Of a DNA stretch of 64,000 nucleotides, positions 10,832 through 21,304 are shown piece after piece; the first letter of the stretch is position 1; each line of letters opens with the position of its first letter. Both the position numbers and the translations under genes were made by a program. The stretch spans positions 128,001 through 192,000 of the forward strand of contig CAWALK010000022.1 in the NCBI GenBank assembly GCA_963782915.1, read 5' to 3'. The stretch comes from an uncultured archaeon. Lineage in GTDB: Archaea > Thermoproteota > Bathyarchaeia > Bathyarchaeales > Bathycorpusculaceae. The notes below the pieces were generated by a model, which ran no database searches, was not told where the DNA came from, and saw only the letters and a list, made by a program, of their open reading frames with translations.

Positions 10832-11017
10832 TTAGCGGACTTTGAGCGCGTATCTGCCTTTGTCTCTAATGTTCATGGCTTTGGCGATGGCTGAATGCTC
10901 TGGGTCAAACATGACCACTAAGCCGCTGTAGTCTTCGCTAAAGCTTGTGGATTTGCATTTTGGGCAAACGTTCTCTTTTGTAATAAAATGGCAGTTAGTG
11001 CATGCTTTCTCGCTCAT
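10832..11017 (-). CDS. spt4: Transcription elongation factor Spt4 (RpoE2)
   Basis: ACTNCH..CPKC, DPEHSAIAK, GRYALKVR. Confidence 0.95.
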   Translation of the reverse strand: MSEKACTNCHFITKENVCPKCKSTSFSEDYSGLVVMFDPEHSAIAKAMNIRDKGRYALKVR

Positions 11018-11030
11018 TTACAATTTCTCC

Positions 11031-11618
11031 TTATGCTTCTTTGGCTGGAACTGGAGCCTCAGGTTTCTTTTCTTCCCTGCCTTGATCTATCTTTAACCAG
11101 TCAAGTTTGCCAAGGAAGGGTTGTCTTGCTGTGACGCCGATTTTGCCTGAGCTGCCTGCTCTTCCTAATGAGACTGCTGTGATTCTGACGCGGACTTGGT
11201 CGCCTGAGGCTAATTTGCGTTTTGATTCTTTGCCTAATAGGACGCCTTGTTTTTCGTCGTAGCTAATGTAGTCGTCCATTAATTGTGAGACGTGGAGTAA
11301 TGCGTCGACTGGTCCGATGCGGACGAATGCGCCGAAGTCAGCGATTTCAACTACGTCGCCTTCAACGACTTCTTGTATGATTGGATAGAATGTTAGTAAC
11401 GAAAAGTTTACTTTATGGAAGGTTGCGCCGTCGCCTGGAATGATTTTGCCGATTGGGCTAACCTGTATACCAGTAACTGCTATAACATAACCTAATTCTT
11501 CATCCACTATGCCCTCGTACTTTTGTTTAACCTGCTCGCGCCCAACTTTCTCAAGTGGGTTACCGAAGGTCTCGGGCGGGATGCGAATAGTATCTTGAAG
11601 AGTAATCAGTTTGAACAT
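11031..11618 (-). CDS. rpoE1: RNA polymerase subunit Rpo7 (E')
   Basis: IRIPP, IIPGDGA, S1 domain FGAFVRIGPVDALLHVSQ, RQPFLGK. Confidence 0.97.
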   Translation of the reverse strand: MFKLITLQDTIRIPPETFGNPLEKVGREQVKQKYEGIVDEELGYVIAVTGIQVSPIGKIIPGDGATFHKVNFSLLTFYPIIQEVVEGDVVEIADFGAFVRIGPVDALLHVSQLMDDYISYDEKQGVLLGKESKRKLASGDQVRVRITAVSLGRAGSSGKIGVTARQPFLGKLDWLKIDQGREEKKPEAPVPAKEA

Positions 11619-12041
11619 CTACGATATCAACCCGTCAATGTCTAGACGTGATTTTTGTCTCAGATAAATCACTGGCACACTTATATCTCTTAGCCTCCTC
11701 TTAAGAACTCTGTCATTTGTAAATACAGGCGCGTTCCAGTTTTTCGCAATCCGAACAATAGCATCGTCTGTTTGCTCTTTTCTATCTTCAACCATGACAA
11801 GTCGGCATTTCTCCGCTAGCCGCAACGCAAAACTAGCTTGCCGCCGAGTTTTAGGTTCATCTCCCGCAGCTAACACTTCCAGTTCATGCTTAACAGCTGA
11901 TAGCAGAATGTACTCTATGTTGCGGTTTAGCAGGCGTCTGAGTTCCTCGAAGATATCCATCTTGAATTCCAAGGGAACAAACAGAGCGTTTGAATCCAAA
12001 ATAACTTTAAGTGGTTCAGTTTTTCTCGGTGAAGCCGTCAC
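11619..12041 (-). CDS. PIN-domain nuclease (Fcf1/Utp24-like)
   Basis: VILDSNAL, TDDAIV, VFTNDRVLK; conserved position upstream of rpoE. Confidence 0.88.
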   Translation of the reverse strand: MTASPRKTEPLKVILDSNALFVPLEFKMDIFEELRRLLNRNIEYILLSAVKHELEVLAAGDEPKTRRQASFALRLAEKCRLVMVEDRKEQTDDAIVRIAKNWNAPVFTNDRVLKRRLRDISVPVIYLRQKSRLDIDGLIS

Positions 12042-12163
12042 GTCGTGTGGTTCCTACTTCTTAGACGAGGTTCTGTAGGCATAAAGCTTTTGCCGCAGCC
12101 TCCTTTAGTACTACTTTAAATATTAAGAATTAATGAATTGGGTCACAATCAGGTGAAAGATGA

Positions 12164-12590
12164 GTGCTTCACGAAAAGTCATGTGGCGCTGTTATATACA
12201 TTAATAATCAGGAAAAAACAAGGTACCTGCTTTTGAATTATGCGGCTGGACACTGGGATTTTGTGAAAGGCAACGTTGAACAGGGCGAAACCGAAAGACA
12301 AACCGTTACGCGGGAGCTACAAGAGGAAACCGCTATAACAGATGCTCAATTCATAGATACCTTCCGAGAATCAATCAATTACTTCTACCGCAGGCAAGGC
12401 TTAACCATTAACAAAGAAGTTGTCTTCTTCATAATCGAATCCCAAACAGAAAAAGTCGAATTATCCTTCGAACACATCGGCTTTATTTGGCTAGATTACC
12501 AGCATGCCATGGAAAAATTAACTTTTAAAAATGCTAAAGATGTGCTCATCAAAGCACATGATTACCTACATAAAGAAGGGCTTAGTGAAA
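12164..12590 (+). CDS. NUDIX hydrolase, bis(5'-nucleosyl)-tetraphosphatase-like (3' end uncertain)
   Basis: SCGAV, HWDFVKGNVEQGETERQTVTRELQEET Nudix box, LSFEH; the ORF as called runs on into eIF2gamma. Confidence 0.85.
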
Positions 12591-12592
12591 GA

Positions 12593-13840
12593 CTAAGCTT
12601 TTATTATTCCGTATCCGATGAGTCTCCATCGGGCAGTTATTTTTCTGCTAATTGCAACTCTTGCGCCTGGCATTGCACAGATGGGTCGTGTCAGTTTTAC
12701 TTTTATGAGGTTCGGTTTGATGTTGATGACTTTGCCTACGTTGACTGCAGCGCCAATGTGAAGAAGCAATGCTTCGTCTGGATTGATTTTTTCGACTTTC
12801 AAGAGTTCTTTGGTTCCGACCGCGCGTTCTAGCACGTGTGTTTCCATGGTGATTTCTGTCACGGTTGGGGGTAGCTGACCTGTTTTTCCTACGATGCTGC
12901 CTGTTAAGCCGTCTGCTTTTGAGTATGATGGGTCAAGCAGTGTTCCGACTCCGACGAGTCCGCCGCTTGTAGCTTCTTGCACATCTGCTCCTGCCTGTAA
13001 ACTGACGATTTCGCTGATTAAGGGATCGTAGACTGTTTTGCCTTCCCTCTCAACTTGAACGCCTGGGCGAATTTCGATTTCTTCGCCTACTGCAAATTTG
13101 CCCTGTGCAATGGTGCCTCCGATGATGCCGCCTTCTAACCCATCGATGGATGTTCCTGGTTTGTTAATGTCAAAGGAGCGGATTACATACATTAATGGTG
13201 AAAGGTTAGGGTCACGTACGGGTGTTGGGATGATGGTTTGTATTGCTTCTAGGAGGACGTCGATGTTTATGTTCCTCTGAGCTGAAATTGGGATGATGGG
13301 TGCATTCTCTGCTACGGTGCCCTTCACGAATGCTTTGATTTCTTTGTAGCTTTCAAGCGCCCGTTTATTGTCCACGATGTCGATTTTGTTCTGTACGATA
13401 ATCATGTTTTTGATGCCGCTGACTTCTGCTGCTGCAAGGTGCTCACGTGTCTGTGGCTGCGGGCAGGGTTCATCAGCTGCGATAACCAAGATTGCGCCGT
13501 CCATGATGGCTGCGCCGGAGAGCATAGTTGCCATTAAGGCTTCATGACCAGGTGCATCGACAAAGCTGATTGCTCGCACGAATTCTGCTTCAGAGTTGCA
13601 GTTTTCACAGAATGGGTGAATGGTAAAGTTTTTGGGGGGTGGACACTTGGGGCATTTGTAGATGGGCATGTCTGCGTAGCCTAGTTTGATGGTGATGCCG
13701 CGTTTAAGTTCTTCACTGTGACGTGAAGCCCAAGTACCAGTCAATGCTTGAACAAGGGTAGTTTTTCCATGGTCAACGTGCCCTATAGTGCCGATGTTGA
13801 CTTCTGGCTGTTTCGGTAGAGCCTTAGTAGCGTTACTCAT
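12593..13840 (-). CDS. eif2g: Translation initiation factor 2 gamma subunit
   Basis: GHVDHGKT, RGITIKLGYA, DAPGHE, QNKID, RWRLIGYG. Confidence 0.97.
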   Translation of the reverse strand: MSNATKALPKQPEVNIGTIGHVDHGKTTLVQALTGTWASRHSEELKRGITIKLGYADMPIYKCPKCPPPKNFTIHPFCENCNSEAEFVRAISFVDAPGHEALMATMLSGAAIMDGAILVIAADEPCPQPQTREHLAAAEVSGIKNMIIVQNKIDIVDNKRALESYKEIKAFVKGTVAENAPIIPISAQRNINIDVLLEAIQTIIPTPVRDPNLSPLMYVIRSFDINKPGTSIDGLEGGIIGGTIAQGKFAVGEEIEIRPGVQVEREGKTVYDPLISEIVSLQAGADVQEATSGGLVGVGTLLDPSYSKADGLTGSIVGKTGQLPPTVTEITMETHVLERAVGTKELLKVEKINPDEALLLHIGAAVNVGKVINIKPNLIKVKLTRPICAMPGARVAISRKITARWRLIGYGIIKA

Positions 13841-13938
13841 AATATTCTTCTTCTCGTCAATAAATTACTGGAATGAATAAAAGGAATTAAATATGAAGTT
13901 TATAAGGTTTAAGCATGCAGTAAGCAAAAAAATTAAGC

Positions 13939-14334
13939 TTATTGCGCTGCTTGCTCTGGCTTCGCCGCTGGCGCTGCCGCTTGAGCGGGTCTTTCAACAA
14001 TTTTCATGTTGATTTGAGCAATTTCGTCAGTGATAATGTCGCCGCGTACGGTTTTGCGTCTGCGTTCACCCTTTTTATGGGGTTTGAAACCTGCTCCACC
14101 GCTGAGAACAACTGCTCGGCGTACACCACCGTGAACATTTGACCTCATTGGGACGCCGTCTTTGTCAGATCCGCCTAATAATTGCACTTTGTGTGCTGGT
14201 AAATCGACTACTGCGCCGTCTAGTGTTTCGCCCAGTTTTCTTCCGATAAAGGGGCTTGCGCGTGCTTCTTCAAGCTCGACTACTTTGGATGTTCCCGCTT
14301 GTGGGTCGGAAACTATGACCTTAAATTTTGCCAT
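13939..14334 (-). CDS. rps6e: 30S ribosomal protein S6e
   Basis: MAKFKVIVSDP, GGSDKDGVPM, GERRRKTVRG. Confidence 0.96.
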   Translation of the reverse strand: MAKFKVIVSDPQAGTSKVVELEEARASPFIGRKLGETLDGAVVDLPAHKVQLLGGSDKDGVPMRSNVHGGVRRAVVLSGGAGFKPHKKGERRRKTVRGDIITDEIAQINMKIVERPAQAAAPAAKPEQAAQ

Positions 14335-14644
14335 TGATGAATATCTCCAGCGCATATGAAGTTGAAAATCTCTCTATTAAGGATTTAGCCCAAAAAGGAT
14401 TTTAATCATCTTTTTGAGGTTTTACGAATCGCTTGATGAATATAGTGATTAAAGCAAATCTGCCCTTAATAAGTAAACCCCCATATACGCTGCAATAGCC
14501 AAACGTTTTACCGCTAAACTGCATCAATTTCACATAAAATAGCTTACTTATGTAATGAAGAAAGCTACAGTTAGCTATTTTAGAGAAAATGCTCACTTTC
14601 TGAGGGATAAGGTTTTAATTTTACCTCTAAGTCGTTTTGTTCGC

Positions 14645-15920
14645 ATGTGGCGGCTTGGGTTCTTCTTCCACGATATGGCGTTCGGATTACTGACAGTATT
14701 CATACCGCTATACGTGGTAACTTTTCAAGATACCAGCATACTTGGTGGACCGCTACTTGCCCTTGGAGTAATGACTTCAATCGCCATATTCTGCTCAATC
14801 CCAGCATCGTTTCTTCTGGGGATACATCTGCGATAAAACGCGGAATTACAAAATTTTCATATTGCTATCTTTCGCTTCAATCGCCGTCATACTTTTCCTT
14901 ATGACATTACCTTTAGCCCAAAACCTGCTAGTCTTCGTGGGTCTATACATCGCAATGCAGATGCTCCATGTAGCCCATGAATCACCCAAAAATGTGCTTG
15001 TAACCGAAAATTACAGTCGCTGTGATTGGGAACGATCCTTTGGATTCTATGAAGGGCTCACTGAAATCGGTTTTATTATCGGCTTAGGAGCAGGGCTGGT
15101 CCTGTTTGCATCTGCTCTAGGTTTCTCTACCTTAGCAAATTATTCATTTTACCTCTGTAGCGCCTTGAACGTGGTCGCCTTTGTTTTAGCCGTGCTTTTG
15201 ATTGCTGATCCCTTGATGATTTTTGAAAGACGATTAGTAGGCATAGAGCGAACTCTTGATTTTAGCCATCGCGGTTTTGAAGGTTCAGGTAAACTTATGG
15301 ATGGATTGCATTGGAAGGGCTCACTTAAACAGGACAGTTTCATAGGGTTTGCTTGCGCCATCGTTTTGTTCTCTTTGGCAACCAGTCTGTTTTTCACGCC
15401 ATTGCCAATTTACCTAAAACATGTGTTTGGCGGACAGGAACAATACGTGTATTTAGCATACATCCTAAACTCGGTCGGTGCAACAGTGGGTTACTTCCTA
15501 ATTCGAAGCAGAGCCCATAGTACTGATATAAGAAAACAAATGCCTCGCTTCATATTTCTACGAAGCATACTTGTTTTCGCCTTAGTTGGCGTAGTTATGT
15601 TCGCTATTGCACCAACCATACTGACGTGTGTTCTTCTTGTCTGCTTAGGATTCGTATACGCCTTGTATTACATTATGATGCTTTCTCTTTCTATGGAAAT
15701 CATACCTGAGGGAAAAGCAGGATTATTCGATGGAATGGTAGGTTTAGGTGCGGCAGTCGGTGCATTTCTCGGACCCTACCTTGCCAACAAGTTTAGTTAT
15801 CTGCCTGGGGAGACCGTGTATGTTCCAATTTTCGTAATTACTGCTGTGCTCTTTTTGGTTGCTTTCATAGCGAATAAAAGTCAGACAGATAAAAAATTAA
15901 AAAGAAAAAATAAAAATTAA
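14645..15920 (+). CDS. MFS transporter; frameshift near 14815-14860
   Basis: About 12 hydrophobic segments over ORFs 14555..14836 and 14862..15920. Confidence 0.8.
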
Positions 15921-15948
15921 GCGAGCGTTTTGCCGCTCGTAGTTTGGT

Positions 15949-17388
15949 TTATTCTGTGTGGACTCTGTATAAGTCGACGTCTTCACGCATGCTTGGTGTC
16001 AATTCAAGGAAGTCTCGAACTGAACGTTCAATGTCTTTGCTTTGTGTTACGTATCTGCCTACGATGAGTATGTCTGCGCCTTGGTCTAGTGCTTCTTTGG
16101 CTGTTTCTGGGACGATGCCGCCTGCAACTGCGATTAGGAATTTCTTGTTGGGGAATGCTTGGCGTATGATTTTTATGCGTTCTAATCCGCTGGATCTGCC
16201 TGTTTCTTGGTCGATGCCTCTGTGTAGGATGACGATGTCTGGGAAATCTTTGATTGACTTCAATTTGGCAAGAACGTCTTCTACGTTTAGCATGTCGATG
16301 ACTGCGTAGATTCCTAAGCGTTTAGCTTCCTGTACTGTTGCGTCCAATGTTTCTGCTGGTGCTAAGCCTGCTGCAACAACTGCGTCTGCGGTGTCTTCGT
16401 ATGCGATGTCTACTTCAACTTTGCCAACGTCAAGTGTTTTTAGGTCTGCTATCATGAATTTGTCTTTGGCTAATTCGCGTAGTTCGTTGATGCCTTTTGT
16501 GCCGTAGCGTTTGATGAATGGTGTGCCGACTTCAAGGATGATTCTGTCGCTTCCTGGTAGTGCTTCGATGACTTTCTTTGCGCCTTCCATTGATGGTGCG
16601 TCAAGTGCGATTTGTAGGTATGGTGGTCTCCATAGGCGTGGAACTTTGAAGCCCATGATTGGGTGTTTTGCACGGTCTTTGTCGAAGTTGATTTTTTCCA
16701 GTGTTGGGTACTTCTTAAGTGCACGTGATAGCGCCATTTTGGTTGCGCCATAGTTGTATTGGTAGATTTTGCGGTAATCTGTTGCTTTTGGGTGAATGAA
16801 AACACTGACAACGATGACCCATTCGTCAAGTTTGCTTGCTGGGATGATGCCTTCTTCTGCGGAGTCAGCGATGGCTTTGGCTACTGCAGCTTGTGCTGGA
16901 CCGAAGATTTTGCCTGTGTCTTCCATGTTTTTAACGGTGACTTTTGGTACGATGAGTGTGTGTGGTTTAGGTGGCAAGTTGGGGCGGATGACTGCGAGTA
17001 GTGGTGTGTGTCCTGCTGATAAGCTTGTCATGCCGTTAGCGAATGCTTGGCCGACTGGACCGTTTTTGTCGCCTACCATGAGGTCGATGTGTGCAACTTC
17101 GTTTCCTTCTCCCAGAAGGGATTCACCGATTAAGTATGCTGGGCCACTGTATTCGTCTGCGTCGTCACTGGCTGTCGGTACTTTGTCAACGATTTCTTTG
17201 AAATCGACATTGAATTCCTTTAGCCATGAATAAAGTGTGTCTCTGTGAATGTCCATTTCTTTGGCTGTTCCGATGATTGTCGGTTTTGTCGGCTTACCTT
17301 TAGAGCCAACCTCTTTTTTTGCTGCTTCTGTTAGCAATTTAACAAATTCGTCGCGTGTTTCTGGCTTTTTAACCTCTGCTCCCGACAT
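15949..17388 (-). CDS. fae-hps: Bifunctional formaldehyde-activating enzyme / 3-hexulose-6-phosphate synthase with extra N-terminal HTH
   Basis: Fae motifs GEGNEVAHIDL, GHTPLLAVIRPNL, FGPAQAAVAKA, YNYGATK; Hps motifs LQIALD, EVGTP, DLKTLD, VAGG. Confidence 0.93.
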   Translation of the reverse strand: MSGAEVKKPETRDEFVKLLTEAAKKEVGSKGKPTKPTIIGTAKEMDIHRDTLYSWLKEFNVDFKEIVDKVPTASDDADEYSGPAYLIGESLLGEGNEVAHIDLMVGDKNGPVGQAFANGMTSLSAGHTPLLAVIRPNLPPKPHTLIVPKVTVKNMEDTGKIFGPAQAAVAKAIADSAEEGIIPASKLDEWVIVVSVFIHPKATDYRKIYQYNYGATKMALSRALKKYPTLEKINFDKDRAKHPIMGFKVPRLWRPPYLQIALDAPSMEGAKKVIEALPGSDRIILEVGTPFIKRYGTKGINELRELAKDKFMIADLKTLDVGKVEVDIAYEDTADAVVAAGLAPAETLDATVQEAKRLGIYAVIDMLNVEDVLAKLKSIKDFPDIVILHRGIDQETGRSSGLERIKIIRQAFPNKKFLIAVAGGIVPETAKEALDQGADILIVGRYVTQSKDIERSVRDFLELTPSMREDVDLYRVHTE

Positions 17389-17592
17389 GTATTAAACCTC
17401 AAGGCTGTTTGTATTTCATGTTCTATATAAAAATGTCGGAGTAACTAGGGTAGATTCTGGAATATGCCTGTTGCTTTAGCGGTTAATTGTCGTTTCCCAT
17501 TTGTTTCTTGGAGGCGCGGTGTCTTGGGTGCTTTTCTGTAAATCTTTATATCCCCACAACTGCATTGAATGCTAATTCACCGAGGAACCTAA

Positions 17593-17814
17593 ATGTCTTG
17601 GACTGACTGGTCACTACTGGCTGTTTTCATTTCCGGTTTTCTGCTTTTCCTATACGGCGCCAACACTTACAACTCAGTTGTCGGTTACAGTGGCATTTAC
17701 CTCTTCATCGGTTCCATCGCAGCATACATCATAATTTACCTTTACAAAGAACTTAAAAAGAGAGATAACTGTGAGGTTCCAGCCCCATCTCCAGTTCAGC
17801 CTCAAAATCCGTAG
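17593..17814 (+). CDS. Small two-TM membrane protein
   Basis: GAGG RBS, two hydrophobic stretches, basic tail. Confidence 0.7.
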   Translation: MSWTDWSLLAVFISGFLLFLYGANTYNSVVGYSGIYLFIGSIAAYIIIYLYKELKKRDNCEVPAPSPVQPQNP

Positions 17815-19324
17815 ATGCGGCTGTACTTCTGGTTTAGGTACTGCAGAAAGGGTGTTGAATCCAGATTTGTTCCTGTTGCATGTTTGATTAGTTCTTCTGG
17901 GTCATAGAGGTCGCCTTTGCTGTGGATGTTTTCTTTGAGCCAAAGGTTGACTTCTCCAAGTTCGCCGTTTGCGACTTGGCTGCGCCAGTTTGGCAAGGTT
18001 TTAGTTATGGCTGACAGAATTTGTCCATCGTAAATGTTGCCTAATGCATAGCTTGGGAAGTAACCGTAGAGTCCGCTTGCCCAATGGGTATCCTGCATTA
18101 CCCCTTCTGAGTCATTTTGAATTTCCACGCCGAGGTAATCAGAGTATTTCTGGTTCCATGCTTGGGGGAGTTCGTCGATTTTGATTTTGCCGGCGAATAA
18201 GTCTCGTTCCAACTCGAAGCGTATGATAATGTGTATGCTGTAGGTGACTTCGTCTGCTTCGATGCGGATTTTTGAGCGTTCAATTTTATTTATGGTTTGT
18301 ATGAAAGAGGTTAGGTCGAGTTTTGAGAGGCTTGGCGCCGCTTGTTTTACTTTGGGTAAAAAGTTTGCCCAGAATTCGTTGGAGCGGCCGATTATGTTTT
18401 CGTAGAAGCGGGATTGGGATTCGTGGATGCCGAAGCTGCATGGGCTGCCTACTGGTTGATACTGCCATTCTGACTTGAGGTTTTGTTCATAGATGGCGTG
18501 TCCAGATTCATGGAGGACTGAGAAGATTGAGCTTGCAAAGTTGTTTGGGTGGTAATGTGTGGTTATGCGGACGTCGTCGTAGTAGCCTGTGGTGAAGGGA
18601 TGTTCGGTTTCGTCTACTCTTCCCGCAGCATTGGGTGAGGCGGTGTCGTAGCCGAGTGTTTGGGTGATGAGTTGGGTGATTTTGCGTTGTTCCTCCACTG
18701 GCACAGGTCCATCGAGGAGTTTGCGAGGTGGCTGGGTTTGGCTGTTTTCTATTTTGGCTATAAGTGGCTTGAGCCCTGCTAGCAGCCCATTGAAGGTTTT
18801 TGTGATGGTTTCAGCGGACATTTGGGGTTCAAAGCCGTCGATTAAGGCTTCGTAAGGTGTCTTGGTTTCTTTAACTTTCATGAGAATTTCGGCTGCTTCC
18901 ATGCTGAGGTTAAAGAGCTTCTGCAAATCCGATTTGTAGAGGTTGAAGTCTTTTTTTGCCTTGGCTTTTTTCCATGTGTTAACGGTTATGGCTTCCTGCA
19001 TCGCCAAGTCGCCAACAAGCTTCTCGGGCAACGCGGTTTGTTCTTTGTAGCTTTTGTTTATGAGGTAGATGTTGCGTTTCTCCACTTGCCCCATAGCTTG
19101 GATAGTTTGGGCTGGTTTGGATGGAGCCGAGGAGTTTGCCTATTTCTGGGTCTGTGCCCAATTTGTGGTGGATGCGGCTAAGCAGCGCCAGCTGTTCGCT
19201 GCGTTGCTCTACCGCTTTGGGCGGCATCATGGTTTCCATATCCCAGTGGATGATGCCTTGAGCGGTCCCAGAGCACGATGGTATCTTTGGATTTTGATAA
19301 AAGTTCCTTGTAAGCTGAATTCAT
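17802..19324 (-). CDS. Carboxypeptidase M32 (Taq family); frameshifts in 5' part
   Basis: WDMETMMP, HPF, HESGHAIYEQ, HESQSRF, IRIEADE, QDTHW, YFPSYALG. Confidence 0.92.
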
Positions 19325-19554
19325 TGTTAGTTGTCAATGGGTGATTCTTCCTATGGTTTTCAATGTTGGGGGTCTTTATTTACTGTTAGGTATTCAGGTT
19401 CTGTTTAGCGCTTGCAAAAACATTGACCCTAAATAAGCTAAACCATTGATAGCATCAAGCGTTAACTTTATAGTTATACTAAGAAGTTAGTCTTGTTTGC
19501 ACAAGTTTTTATCTTACAGTAAAGTGCCGTTTAATAGAGGAATAAGTGTTTTAA

Positions 19555-20265
19555 ACACTCCCAGTTTAGAATCAAGCAAGACTTAGCTGGCAATAATAGG
19601 CTCAATATTACTAATAATCGGCGGTTTAGTTCCGGTAGTAGGGCATCGTAGGAATAATTCTGTTATCATTCTGTTTAGATGGCAATCAAAGGATTCTCTA
19701 CATACTACCAAGACACCTCCGCATGCCGTATGGGACGCAATGTTTACGGCATCGCAATAATCGCTACATAATTCGCTGGCTATTGCAGGCTCAGTAGCAA
19801 CCAATGTCGTTAGCAACGTGGCAACTGGTTAGCCATCGAGCCATAATCGGCTTCGGAGTTGTCATTTTCATCGCAGCTCTTAGTCGTCGCGTTTCATATT
19901 CTATTTACTCATGCCTATCGACTACGCAAAATTCCTCAGACCTTTCAGCAGACAGATCTGGCGAACAAAGCTTCCAGAACCGCAGGAACTTTGCTTTGTG
20001 GGGCGCAATACTGACAATAGTTTTCGTAGGCTTAATATTGATATTCATCGCTTGGATAATCGCGACAATCGGCGTTCTTCTCAATGAGAACCACCAGGGC
20101 AACAGCTATCAGCATACAACCTTATGGCTAGCACTCCACCAACACCAACCGCAGGTGTCCCACCAGATAAGCGGCGAACAAGGTACTGCCCCAACTGCGG
20201 CTCAACCCGTAGACGCCACCGCCACCTTCTGCCCACACTGCGGAAAACAGCTACCGCCAGCCTAA
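19555..20265 (+). CDS. DUF996-like membrane protein with C-terminal zinc ribbon; heavily frameshifted (boundaries approximate)
   Basis: LESSK..AGIIGSILLIIG-like start, WGAILTIVFVGLILIFIAWII, RYCPNCG and FCPHCG pieces in different frames. Confidence 0.65.
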
Positions 20266-20354
20266 ACCTTCCTTTTTTTTTTTGTTGCTGTCTCTTGGCA
20301 ATCACACAGCTTTATGAATGTAGCAAACGGGCTTTATTTTGAAGTGTAAACCTT

Positions 20355-20543
20355 ATGCAAAAAACACCAGTTTCTTCAACCCATTCAGCTTTACCTAAAG
20401 CACCCCCTGTTCCAGAAGAGCCACTTGAAAATATGCCCAAAAGTGAGCTTGTCTGTGAAATATGCGGAAAAACTTTCAAATCCCATACCCAACTCGACAG
20501 GCATAAAACAACAGAACATGAAGTGCCTGAACAAAGAGATTAA
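20355..20543 (+). CDS. Small C2H2 zinc finger protein
   Basis: CEICGKTFKSHTQLDRHKTTEH. Confidence 0.8.
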   Translation: MQKTPVSSTHSALPKAPPVPEEPLENMPKSELVCEICGKTFKSHTQLDRHKTTEHEVPEQRD

Positions 20544-20555
20544 GGTTAGTTGAAG

Positions 20556-20630
20556 TGCTCCGGCCGGGATTTGGACCCGGGTCGCCGACTCGAAAGGCCG
20601 GCATACTTGACCGGACTATACTACCGGAGC
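20556..20630 (-). tRNA. tRNA-Glu(UUC), no intron, CCA not encoded
   Basis: GCTCCGG acceptor stem pairs with CCGGAGC; anticodon arm CCGGC-CTTTCGA-GTCGG; T arm CCGGG-TCCAAAT-CCCGG. Confidence 0.95.
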
Positions 20631-20700
20631 ACAATTGCTAGAAGCATCAAGCAAAATACAAACTCCTTCGAATAAACCTTACCCTTCCAGAAGCGCAGTT

Positions 20701-21222
20701 TTAGCTGTCAAGCTTCTTCTGTTTGCCCTTTTTGGGTGTAAAGAGAAAGCCAGTTATCTGCTCGACGAGTTTGGATTGGTTCTTATTGGATTCTTCGAGT
20801 GTTGCAACGCGTTTTTCTATGTCGTTTGAGATTATTTTGCCTTCGATGCGGTTGGCGCTGCGGAACATGAGCATCATCTTGAAAACTTCGTCGATTGCTT
20901 TTTCCTGTTCATCGGCGGAGGCTGGTTTGATGCCGGAGACGACTGAGAGCAAGTCAACGTAGTGTTCTTTGATTTTTAGTTCCGCATTCACTGAAGGATC
21001 AGTTGGAAATGCGATGCTAAGCGGCGTTTTTTTGGCTAATTCAGCGGCTGTTGGGAAGCGGATGACTATGTCGCCACGTATCCATGAAGATACGAATTCG
21101 TTGACGAATTTGTGCACGTCTTCTTTGGAGTAGATTAGTGAGGGTTCGTCTTGTGTTTCAGGCTTACGTTTGATTCTTACGCTGATAATTTTTTTGTCAT
21201 CTGCATTAGCTGAATTCGACAT
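20701..21222 (-). CDS. Hypothetical protein with C-terminal coiled coil
   Basis: 173-aa ORF with ATG and purine-rich RBS-like sequence; no family recognised. Confidence 0.7.
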   Translation of the reverse strand: MSNSANADDKKIISVRIKRKPETQDEPSLIYSKEDVHKFVNEFVSSWIRGDIVIRFPTAAELAKKTPLSIAFPTDPSVNAELKIKEHYVDLLSVVSGIKPASADEQEKAIDEVFKMMLMFRSANRIEGKIISNDIEKRVATLEESNKNQSKLVEQITGFLFTPKKGKQKKLDS

Positions 21223-21304
21223 TTTGTTCCCTTCCCACGCACTCTTCTGTTCTATTTATTCTCCTTAGCAATGACTAGTATATAAGAAACTGCATGCTGT
21301 GAGA

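Noticed and set aside
15921-15940. Hairpin GCGAGCG-N6-CGCTCGT between convergent genes as a terminator
   Set aside because: Plausible but short. Archaeal termination mainly uses U-tracts, so the support is insufficient.
20355-21222. Integrated element at tRNA-Glu
   Set aside because: No integrase and no duplicated tRNA 3' end seen in the window.
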